A stretch of 64,000 nucleotides of DNA from Lama guanicoe (Eukaryota). Below, piece by piece: positions 52,791-64,000 of this stretch. The notes below the pieces were generated by a model. The model did not search any database and was not told the DNA's origin. It was given only the letters and a program-made list of their open reading frames with translations. Position numbers and translations under genes: made by a program. The stretch is taken from NCBI GenBank assembly GCA_013239625.1, contig MU054220.1:8343367-8407366 (forward strand), written 5' to 3'. Positions within the stretch are counted from its first letter, which is position 1, and each line of letters opens with the position of its first letter.

Positions 52791-55006
52791 AATCCTTTCT
52801 GCATTAATATAAAATACTAACATTACCATTTTCTAACTATACTGCTTTCTCTATATTCCTCTGGGCACATAGCAGCCAAGTCCATAATCGTGATGTCATT
52901 ATTGTTTGTATTTTCAAATTATTATCCAAAATATTAATTGGCAATTCATTATGTAGTCTTACCCAGTCCAAGCCTAAGGGATTCCTAAACTCTGGAGCCT
53001 GATAATCTAAATTTTTAATCAAAAATTTTCCTTGCAAGTTTCACTAAATTTCTCTTGAGTTTCAGTCAATCACGTAACTATCATCACATTGATATGACAA
53101 TTTAGGCTCTTAGAAATTGTTCTATCTTCCCAAATAATTTTCCCCAGATGTGAAATGCAAAGATAGCCATGCCTATCATCATCTATCATCATGAGTAGTT
53201 TCAACGTTGTATTATGAGACATCCACTGAAAGGTACAGATTGAATTTCTGGTGTTTCATATAAATGTGGCTATGAAGACAAACATCACTTATGAGCCTTT
53301 TTTGTTGCTGTTGGCATCAGATCCAAATCGATAGTTATGTTATTATAATAGTCGACTATATCTCTATGAATAACAAGCATTCAGCTTTATCGGTCTATGA
53401 TGAGACTGGGGAGAACTCACATTCCAAAGTTAACTGAGTGACGTGAGAACTGTCTTTTGCAGTCTCTATCTGTAAATGCCAGATTTCTGTGTGTCTGTTA
53501 GATATATATATATTTTTTCTTTTTTACATCACCTTCCAGTAAAACCAGCTAAGAAAACATTTTGAGATCAAATTTAGAGCTTGCATACTCAAATGGATAT
53601 TAATTACGTTTACTTTGTTGTTATAAAATTTACTAATGAAGGCTGCCCATTTTTACTCTGTCAGGAATCAGACTGTTGGACTTATGAACCCAGATACTGG
53701 TGGTACCACAAGTACAATTTAGAGCTAATCAGAAATAAGACAGTGGGGACAAGTCCTGGGAGTCACGTAATAATACGGTTTTTGCTTTCTAGAAAAATAT
53801 GATGCTTAAAGTAGCTGAAATAACCTTCCTGTGAGTAAGGCTGACTGTGGGAATAGTAACACGTTTGCTCAAATATCTTCTTGTTTAGTTCATTACCACC
53901 ATCGGTTACTCCAAAAAAATTGAATTTTAAATCCTTTTAGGGAACCACTGTCCAGTCCCCTGAGGTGCTGGCTTCGCGTGGGAAGCATGAATTGTTGGAT
54001 TTTGTTTGTTTGTTTATTTTTCACTTAGATACTGACCATGGAGGTGATAAGTAGCTCTTGAAAGTGTCTCTCTCAGCTCATGACCACCCGTCTTTCCTGT
54101 GGAACACTGTCAGGTGGATGGGATCCCTTGGTCAAAGGGGTAGCTATTTTCAAGTCTTTTCAAGATGGCGTTAACTCAGAGTTTCTAGGGAAGAGAGAAG
54201 TCCCTTTAAGTGATTCTAGAGGATTCAGTTGTCAGGCACAAAATGTAGTCTCAGACCCGAATTCATAGGCCTGACAAACAAATGTGAAGGGTGAAACCCC
54301 ATGCTTGCTCACAGGTGTCATTCTAACCTTTAACATGGCTAGTGGTAAAGTTCTGGGCCATCTTAATGTCTGTAGTAATTTGCAGAGTCTTAGTGAGCTA
54401 CTGAGTTTGACTCATGAGTTCTGTTTGTCCTGAGGACTGAGGTTTACAGGAATTTACAAACATTGGCATAATGCCTGGAAAACTGTAGGAATGAAATGAC
54501 ATCTGTCCTAGTCAACGTGCTCTGGTCTCCCAAAAGTGAAAATGATGTGTATCAAAAGAGTCTATACATACACTGCTTGAGTATTAGATTTTGAAAAGGG
54601 GAAGACTTCGGGCCATCCAGACATCATATACATTGTAGCCAGACAAAATCTCTTTTTGTCTGGCTACAATGGGGGGGTACTTCCTGTGATTACCTGGGGA
54701 GTGGCCTGTAAAGAAGTATCTTGTCTGCAGATGGACAATTAGCGCATCACTGTAATATGTTTTGAATCCTGTTATCTTTTATTGTTAGGTATAGTAAAAC
54801 TCTAGTCTTCTTAAAATTCCTCTTTTATTCATTTGGATTTAATGATGATACAACACTAACTAAGAAAATTGGGACTGTGGTATAAGAATTATTTTATTAA
54901 ACAAGTCCCCTTGTCCAGTCAAATCTTTTAGTTCCTTTTGTAATCCATTTGTTTGTTTTCTTTTGTGAAGCATATTTTTTGAAAAGGAGCAAGATTATTT
55001 TCTGCC

Positions 55007-56195
55007 TTATTAATGTATAATTGACAAACAAAATTGTAGGATATTTAGTGTCCAAAATGGTGAGTTTCTATATGTATACATTATGAAAGAATTCCCTGTC
55101 TTGAGTTAATTAACATATCCCTCAAATCACATATTTATCTTTTTTTCAGTGTGAACATTTCATTCCTACACTCTTAGCAAATTTCAATTGTACAATATAC
55201 TGTTATCTACTGTAGTTACCATGTTACACAATAAACCTTCAGACCTATTCACCCTGTAACTGCTAATGTGTATCCTTTTTTCAACCTTTCCCTATCTCCC
55301 CCAACACCACCCCCCCCAGCAAACATGTTTATACTCACTTTTCTTATGAGTTTGACTTTTTTTTTTTTAATTCTACAGGTAAGTAATACCATGCAGTATT
55401 TGTCTCTCTCTGCCAGGCTTACTTCACTTAGTATAATGCCCTCTATTTTTATCCATTTGTTCATCACAAATGATAGAGTCTCCTTCTTTCTTAGGGCTGA
55501 ATGATATCCCTCTGTGGGTGTGTCACATTTTCTGATCGATTCATCTGTTGACAGACACCAGGTTCTTTCCATACCTTGGCTGTTGTGAATGATGCTGTAA
55601 CAAACATGGGAGTACAGGTATCGCCTTGAGATAATGGTTTTGTTTCCTTTAGATGTATACCCAGGAGTGGGATAGCTGGATCATACAGTAGTTCTATTTT
55701 TAATCTTTTGAGAAATCTCCATAATGCTTTCCACAGTGGCTGTACCAACATACATTACCACTAACAGTGCACAGGGTTCCTTATTCTGCAGGTGCTCGGC
55801 AAGTACCCACCAGCGTGTATTCTCCCTTACCTGTCTGTGTAAGAGCCATCCTAATCGATGTGGGGTGATATTTCAGTGTCGTTTTGATTTGCATTTGCAT
55901 TCGATTATGGATGTTGAGCACCTTTTCGTGCCATTTGTACGTCTTCTTTGGAAAAATGTCTATTCAGATCCTTTGCCCATTTTTAAAATGGGTAACTTGG
56001 TGTTTCTGTTTTTGATTTGTTTTCTGCTGTTGAGTTGTATGAGGGCCTTGTGTAGCTTGGCTATTAACCCCTTATTGGGCACATGGTTTGCAAAGATTTT
56101 CTCCCATCCCATAGGCTGTCTTTTCATTTTGTTGGTTTCCTTTGCTGAGCAGAAGCTTCCTGGTCTGCTGTCGTCCCACCTGTTTATTTTGTTTT
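55007..56195 (-). mobile_element. L1 3' end including ORF2 C-terminus remnant (L1MA-like)
   Basis: Minus-strand peptide [31 protein letters not shown]...CTPMFVTASFTTAKVWKEP and an L1 3'UTR. Confidence 0.9.
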
Positions 56196-56499
56196 TGCTA
56201 ACTTTGCCAAAAGTTTATTCTCGTGTTAAAAGTAGCACTCCTAAGTCTGGAGTCTACTGTGTTTTAACAGCACCTATTTCAGCAAGATGATTTTCTTAGC
56301 AACTTCTTCCCTCTGCCCTGTGCGAGCTCTGCAGTGAATTACTGGTACCTGAACAGGGAGTTGTAAAAACTCTGACAAAACAGCTATCTATTTTTTTCAT
56401 GATATATTTTAGTTCTCACTGGATTAAAAATCCTGTTTTTAAGATTTTGCTCTATTGCACGATAGAAATGAATCATATATTTATTCATATATATTCATA

Positions 56500-57030
56500 T
56501 TAAATCCGGAATTTACCAAAGGCCACGAGGAACGTTTAGGAAAGTTTAATAAGGACACTGCTAGAGGCAACAGTGGGCCACACAGTGGAGAGGTGCCTGC
56601 ATGAGCGCTGAGGGTGGGTGTGCAGGGTCTTTTATTGGAGGGAGGAGGCTGTGCACACAAGGAGTAGGGGCTCCATGATCCCTTTGCACAGGTACTGACT
56701 GGTTGCAAGATCTGTCAGGTACTTCTCTGAACAATAGGATTTACAGCTCTGATAAGGGCAGGATGTGAGACCTGTCCGCCCAGGGTATTGTGAGAAAGGC
56801 TATTTCCTGGGGCTATCGGTTGTGTTAGGGTAAACACACATCAAGAGATGTTTTTTATCCTGAAGACATGCAAGTATGCGGAGTGGTCCTGCAGCTTGAG
56901 GAGTAGGGGTTAAGTTGTCTCCAGGCACACAGAGAGCCCTGCGGTGGGGTTTTCTAATTTTATACCTTAAAGTAGATTCAGGGAGCACCAGCTGGCTCCA
57001 CATATCCCAACCCAATGTTGTAAACTGTTT
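56500..57030 (-). mobile_element. Probable LTR fragment
   Basis: GC-richer block with an antisense polyA-like signal (tttaat) followed by a TATA-like signal (ttttat). Family not recognised. Confidence 0.35.
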
Positions 57031-57039
57031 TTCGGTAAA

Positions 57040-57465
57040 ACAAAATCCTAATCCAGGACACTCTCCACAAAAGTATAGTAGAAACATTATATTGAATATG
57101 CATTAAATTAGAATGTGATGTACGTCACGGACAGTCAACTAAGTGACATGAAAGAGGGAAAGATCACTCATTTACATAGACGAGCAGGTAGAACCCATTA
57201 TATACAAGAAAGACCACTAATCCTCAGGTAGGAGGACTGGCCGGCCCCATTTGTAGCGTAGAGCTCACCCTAAATTCACTTGGTAATTGGGAAGACCACT
57301 GTCTATGTTAGTGAATTGGGAACATTTCTCATATCTTTATGACAAGAGGAAATTTTGCAACATAAGAGCCCAGCATCTACAAAGGTTCAGGCTTCTCCGC
57401 TCCTGCAGAAACTGAGAGAGAGATGGGGTACTGTCTTCCTTGATGATCACTTTTCAAACAGGTGA
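57040..57465 (-). mobile_element. Old ERV1-type LTR related to 52164-52790
   Basis: Shares ctctccacaaa, ttaaa..agaa.gtg, taaattcac..ggtaat, tttatgacaagagg and cagaa.ctgagag motifs with the copy at 52164. Confidence 0.6.
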
Positions 57466-60400
57466 TCTGCCACATGTGATGCGTGATAAGTTTTGCATTG
57501 TAAATACCTCAGGTCATCCTGATAATATTTCTTTTGCATAGGTCCACACTTCTTACATCTCTGGCAGCTTAGGAAGGCCTGTCATTTGGACTGCTCCATT
57601 ACCCCTTGTTCTAGTTTGTGTCCATTTTAGACCTTCTAATAAAGCATCCTGATCCATCTCCCATTCTCCCCATGAGAGACGAGAGGGGTTTTATATATAA
57701 AATCTTGCAGGGGTATAGTAAAGGGGACTTCCCTTTTTAGAATGGTCCCTCATATTTACATATTTTCAGTAGACTTTTCCCCCTTTCCTCCTTATCCTCT
57801 GACATGTTTTCATCCTCTGTCATTGACTCTGAGTGCAGTTTCCTTGGAAATACAAAACAATTGTCCACTGACTGATACTTGGGACATCACTGAAAGTATC
57901 TTACTTATTGGTTTTTGCCCCCAGCTGTTGGAAGCAGGCTCTGAAAACATTCCCTGCCCCACTGCTACCTTAGCAACTAACTTCAGTTACTCTTCTGAGC
58001 CATAGTATGTAAGCAAGCATCGTCTCTCTGATGAGCAGTGATTTAACTTGCACAAACCTAGGGTTCTTGACACTCTCAACTACATCTTTAAACGCTTGGA
58101 CACTTCTTCTGAAGCACTGTTCATCGACAGAATACAAATGACTTCACATTTCAGAACACATTCTTTCTCTTTGCTACTTGGTAACCGGCACCCTTCTGGG
58201 GTCTCAGTAGACTGTTTTACCGATATATGAGAAGATGTCTTCCCCTGGGATCAAAGGACCGCTCCTGAAACTTGATTCTTATTTCTGAACTGTTGCTATA
58301 ATTTATAAATCATACTTCTCTAGTGCTTGCCATAATACTTTGGCCCTTACTCCAATGATGAATCTGTCAATTTTAGGAATAGAGGTATCCTGTTATACCC
58401 TAGGACTCTGACGGTATCAGATAGTACACTGAATTCTATTTTTTTTTTCCAGGAAAAGGCTTACGCTTTAGGATTTCAGGGTCTGAGCCTGAGTCAGTAT
58501 CCTTAAAATTTATTTATTTAGGCAGCTCCCTTTCAACACTCTTCCTGAAAGTTACAAGAAAATCATTTTTTCAGCAAGTTTTATTAGGACTCCTGGAGAC
58601 TTGGCAGTCTTATCCAAAAGTTTTAGCTCTTTATGACCTCTTTTGGTGATGCCGAACTCTGGTTTTGTGTTGAGAAAGTTAGAATTTGGTGTTAGATGTA
58701 AATTAGATAATCTTCTTGCATAGATGTAATGAGATGCTCAATTTGTATGATACACTGTGGCAGCAATGTCAGAATGTGTTGAATAAGAACCTGATGGAAT
58801 TGAAGTCCTTGTGTTGATGATCAGGTTCTACAGTATCTCTGCGCCCCGATCTTGCATCATTATGCTCCCTTCACGATGGCCAGAGATGAGACCAGGTTTC
58901 TCCCCCTTGACCACAGATGATAATATAATACCATATTCCTAGGTTCTCCTACTCGGTTATTTTATCAGTAAAGAAATTACAGAAAATGGTGGAATTGAGA
59001 CACATAGGCTTTTAAGATTGAACAAAACCCTGCTCCATGGAGAAGTGAATGTGGATCACAAACACTAACGCTCTGAGCTAAACCTTCCCTTTTGTTAACT
59101 AAATTAATCCTCACAACTGAACTGTGAGGTTGGTAATATTATTTTTTGCCATATTAAAGATAGGAAACAGAGACAAAGAGAGGTTATGTGACTTGTCTAA
59201 GTCCATATGGCAAGTAAAAGATGGGGTCAAAATCCTAGCTCAGGCAGTCTTATTGTAGAGTTCGTCCTCTTATTCATTAAGCAGTACAGAAACTCCCAGC
59301 CTGACCGAGTATGGGAAAGCTGGACTGAAACTTCTCCAGAAGATTTTGCCAAATGTTATCACTTTCTAGTTGCTTTCTTTAAATGCTTCATAAAAATTTC
59401 TAGGTTTTTCTAAAGTTACGAGTGCATTTGCACTTATCCGTGATTATCAGTACTCCATCGCGGTCCTGGATGTAGGTCTAGTTCTATAGGTTATATAAAT
59501 AGAACCTGCTTTAGTAATTTTGGTAAAAAAAAAAAAACAAAAAAACAAGTTGTATTTCCCTGTATATGACTGTGAGTCCCACCTTGCAGATTATAAGTAG
59601 CCCATTATCCTCCTGGATATCCACAAGGATCTCTGTGGTTTTTCACCTAGTTGGAATGAGTCAGTCTTAATTACACTGCCTGAACATCTGAATCAGTCAT
59701 GAAGCATCTTGTTTTCCGATGTTGTTGCTCTCTGCAGCCATTCTTTTAGCTCCGTGTGTGATGCAAGTTGTCCCCAGAGATGCCTAACACAAATAATTCT
59801 CATTTTTACTAAACTCCCTAAAATGAGGGATAAGAGCAAATGATTTGATGCAGCCACCAAAGGTCAGTAACGGGCTTCTTAAAGTCTTGAATAGTCAATG
59901 TGAATTAGTCCTACATGGTGGTCCCGAGGTCAGAAGTTCTTTTCTGTGAAGGGAAATCTTTCTTTCTTAAAGCTAAGTATCTAAGGACACCTTGAATATT
60001 TTATTAGTAAAGAAAACACCAGGGCTGTTTTCAGAATCAAGGATATTAGAGTTACCTACAAAAAAAAAAAAATGGAAGTTGGTCATACCACATCCATATA
60101 AATAAGATATTCATCCTCATGTGATTCCAAAATAAAGGGAGTTTCACTGGCAGTGCTCTCTTTACCTCCTTTCTACCAAGTTGCCAGTATCCCCCAAATC
60201 CTACCATTAAGCATTGGATGAATGCATTTTCCCGTAAACTTATTTTTAAGGCTTAGAAGATTTAAGATTTTGTGTACAGAGGATTTTTAAATAATTGGCG
60301 TGGGTTTTAAGAAAACTAATTTATGATTTGCCATCCGAAAGAATATTTACCATCGGCCTGAGACTGTTTCTCAGAAGGGAGAGCTGCCTGAGGGGGTGAT

Positions 60401-61196
60401 GGGCAGGAGGACTTTGGCTGTGTAGGTTCCAACAGGGAGTAGACGTTTTCATGGTTGTGTGGACTGACGTTATGCTATGGCAGAATCAACTTATCCTTGT
60501 TCATACATGAGGGGTGATTGCTGAGTGCATTTATATATGCAAGTATCTTCTGTGGTTTGAAACCTAGGTTGAAAAGAAGGAGGCAGTGGTCATCACATTC
60601 CTTTGGCTCAACTTTCCCAGCATTTCATACATTTATAGATTGAGTTGAAAAGAAAGTCAAACAAAGAAAAGGAAGAAAGAAAAAGAAAAAAAAAAGGAGG
60701 GAGGGAGAGAAGGTGAGAGGGAGATAGAAAGGCAGGTCGGAGGTAAAGAGAGAAAGAGAGAATCTAAAAATCTACCCTGAAATTTGAGACCTGAATAACA
60801 CTTCTCTTCGGTTAGCTAAATGAGCTCTTGATTTCCTTCTCATGTGTTGACTTGGGTAATGGAGAATATGCATAGGTTGGGGGGAAATAGTTGTGTTGTT
60901 TTTTTTTTTAATCTAAAACAATTCTAGAATATTTCCTCCAAATTTAAATCTAGACTCATGCAGACTCCACCATCATGGAAGAGTTTCCCTTGTTCTCCAC
61001 TACCCCTTCACCCCCTCTATAACACACACACACACGCGTGCACACACACACAGAGAAAAAAATGCTGAGGATAAGTTGATACTTCCGTTAAGTATTCCTT
61101 GGCTGGAGCTGACATGTCAGATAATGATGATGTTGATGATGATGTTAAATGCAAAGATACCCAGGATGGCTCTGTGAAGTGGGCCTTCAGTAATTT

Positions 61197-61791
61197 TGAT
61201 GGCAGGCAGAATGGTGGACTCCAAAGACATCCACACCCTAATCCCCAGCCCTGTGATGCATTACCTTACATGGCAAAAGGGTATTTGTAGATGTGATTCG
61301 GGACACAGACTTTGAGATGAGAAGAAGAGACAACTTATTCCAGTGGAACCAATCTCATCACATGAGTCCTTAAAAGCAGAGAACCTTTCTCAGCTACAGA
61401 GTGCTATATCAGAAGGATCAGAGTGATGACAGTCTGAAAAGAATGTCATGCCCATGGCTGGTTCTGAGATGCAGGTGGCTGTGTGCAAGGGTGGAGCAAA
61501 GGCTTCTAGACTCTAAGTGTGGCCCTGGATAACAGCCGCCAAAAAACCCGGGACGTCCATCTTAGAAACAAGTCTAACTAAAGTCTGCCAATCCTTGAAT
61601 GAGCAGGGAAACAGATTCTCCCCTTGGGCCTCTAGGGGAAGAAAAAAATGCAACCCTGAAAATACTTTGGTCTTAGCCTGGTGAGGACTGTGCCAGGCGT
61701 CTGACATACAGAACAGTAAGACAGTAAATGTGTGTGGTTTTAAGCCAGTGAGTTTGTGGTAATTTTTATGGCAGCAATAGAAAATAAATAC
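61197..61791 (+). mobile_element. MLT1 (MaLR) LTR
   Basis: ggcaggcagaatggtgg..ccaaagacatccacaccctaatcccc...ttaccttacatggcaaaaggg...gttttaagccagtgagtttgtggtaattt..atggcagcaatagaaaa. Confidence 0.85.
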
Positions 61792-64000
61792 TAATTCTTG
61801 CGTGTGTGTGTGTGTGTATGTGTGTTTCACTATAAAATATGTACATTTTAGGAACTCCCATCACTCCCAAAATATGACACCGTATCTGCCAAGAACTGGA
61901 CATTAGAGTGAACAAGACTGGAATCAGTGACCCTGGCGTTACTACTGGGTGATTTAGAGCCATTCGCTTCAGTTTCTTCGTATTTATAATAGAAGCAATC
62001 ATAAAAAGAACTATAGGATTTAATGAATCAACGCAAGTAAAGCAGGCAGCACACTGCTTTGTGAAACAGATACTCACTCCAGACCAACCCCCTCCCCCCG
62101 CCCCCCGGCCTCAGTGTGCACTGGTGGTTGTAGCGGTGTTGTGGTGCACTTGTTATTGTGCAAGTGTCCCTTAAGTGCGATTAACTGTCACATAAGGCCT
62201 GCCCTCAATCATTTCAATTCTAAGATATACTGCTATCTTGAATCTTAGAATCTCAGACTCTTAATTTCCTGTATATAGCATATAAACTTCCCATTTCATC
62301 TTTTGTTTCTAAAGAACAAATGGAAGAATCCATATATTTTCATTTTTGTGTTGCTTTGATAAATTTTGTAAATGTATAGATTTATCTTGAATGATTTTGC
62401 AAAGGGATGGCCTTGGGCATCCATGTATAAAGTATTCATGTTGCTATCCACATACAAGGCCACTTAGCAATCATCTAGAGTGGCGATCGTTACTGTCACT
62501 GCATGTACGACCTGTAAGTCCAACTTGCATGCTCTTTCATCCAGAGAACTGCTACGTGCTTGGACTGACTTTTTCTATGGTGTTTTATAAATTGCTTACC
62601 CATTTCCCCCTGTTTTCTAATGAGAAAGCTGAAGCTCAGAGAGTTTGGGTAATCACAAGACCCACATAGGTAAATATGTGTGCCTGTGTGTGTATAAGTG
62701 GTGTGCGTAAGACTGTTGGCATTGAAAACATTAATCAGGAAAGTTTCAGAATATGTTCTTCTCTTATAACGTTCATTCATCATCTTTCTCATCCTCACAA
62801 AGTGAAAATAATTTATCCTAGTCCTACTTGCAAGTCACTTTCTGTTTGACACTAACAATTGCAATGCAACTCATAAGAATAAAGAATTTCTACACGGAAA
62901 AATTTATCATAGTGGGTAAATTTGAAAGTCTGTGCTATACAGTTTTAATGCAGCGTCTAACCCATAGGTTGATACAAAATAGAAACAGCCAAGGAAACAT
63001 AACAAGTTAAAATAAATCATTAATGGAGAATCAAAGAGTAGAATATAATCTTTCATTTTCGCCTAGCGGAGTGCTTTATACCATAAATCCAATTAGTTTG
63101 AACTGAAAAGAGATTAATCAATTTCTGTGAGCTTCAGGTTTTGCAACAATGACTGTATTGAAAAAAAAAAAATCATGTTCTCAAGAAAAGGCGCTCCATC
63201 CTTAGTGATTTTCCAAACCAATTTTTTATTGTGTTTGGACTGACCAGTGCTCTCTTTCAACTTATTTCCAGTTTTCAGACACGTGTACACAAACGCACAT
63301 GCATACACACAGAGCCATGTTTATCTAAGGGTATTAATTAAATATCTCGTAATAAAACAACATGGTCTGTAAGAGATTCAGCCCTTACAAAGAGGCAAGA
63401 AGGAAAGGAAACAAAATAGAGTTTACACAAGTCGAGAGAAAGGAAGTGCATTTCATGCACTTTGGAGAAATGGGTAAAGTTACTGGCTAGAGTTCACTGA
63501 GTCATCAAGGTGCTTGGACTCAGTTTCCAAATAACATGATGGGAGAAAATGAAATTTTAAAGACCTGAAAATAAGAAGTCATATTTTTATTTAAATTGCA
63601 TGAAATACAAGTAAAACTATTATTATTTCTTGTGTGGTGGGGAGCCTAAAATTTGGAATTTGAGATACACCAAGAAAATTAGACAGCAAATATTCTCTGA
63701 CATCTCTAGTAATTCTCTCTTTAGTACACAGAGGTTTCCCTCGTGACCTACTGGTTTCTCTGAATTGGTTTCATGACGGGGTCCAGGAATTGACTGGAGA
63801 GTCCCTCTCTCTTAAATTTATGGAGTCTCGGGGCCATGTACAGGGCCCAAGTCTAAAGTGTATACAATGAACTGAAGATCAAGAGCAGAGCTAAGCTAGG
63901 ATTTCAATTAAAATCTTGTGTATATTGTTACCATATTCTCTCCACTACCTAAACTGAATAAAGACGCTAACATACTACCTAATAAGATAGTAGATGCATA

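Noticed and set aside
55724..56290. 188-aa ORF
   Set aside because: Antisense reading of an L1 ORF2 remnant.
52164..57465. Second provirus bounded by two related LTRs
   Set aside because: The copies are very divergent, and no PBS, PPT or retroviral coding motifs were recognised between them.
1..64000. Prokaryotic systems (CRISPR, operons) or structural RNA genes
   Set aside because: The sequence is mammalian repeat-rich DNA. No spacer array or rRNA/tRNA gene was seen, and the only tRNA match is the 18-nt PBS.

Overview
AT-rich, CpG-depleted mammalian genomic DNA, probably from a camelid (judged from an L1 3' end that resembles camelid L1s as I recall them; not verified). No host protein-coding exon can be supported. 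Most of the window is old interspersed repeats (L1, L2, MIR, MaLR/MLT, MER47/MER58, ERV solo LTRs). The outstanding feature is a 4.5-kb, internally deleted gammaretrovirus-like (ERV1) provirus at 47234-51741 (+) with two ~94% identical LTRs, a perfect tRNA-Thr primer binding site, a PPT, and gag, pol and env remnants. Its gag capsid region is interrupted by a 457-nt, intronless, circularly permuted copy of host ATXN7 (ataxin-7) 5' exons. The insert starts with the last 17 nt of the zinc-finger exon, jumps back to an apparent upstream 5'UTR exon, runs through the polyQ exon, and ends exactly where it started. Both ends fall in an 11-nt microhomology (AAACCGCAGGC, 'KPQA') shared in frame by gag and ATXN7. 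This is the structure expected if reverse transcriptase switched onto a circular RNA (circATXN7), copied one full turn including the back-splice junction, and switched back. ATXN7 comparisons rely on my recollection of the human sequence. Repeat family names and most repeat boundaries are by-eye estimates.
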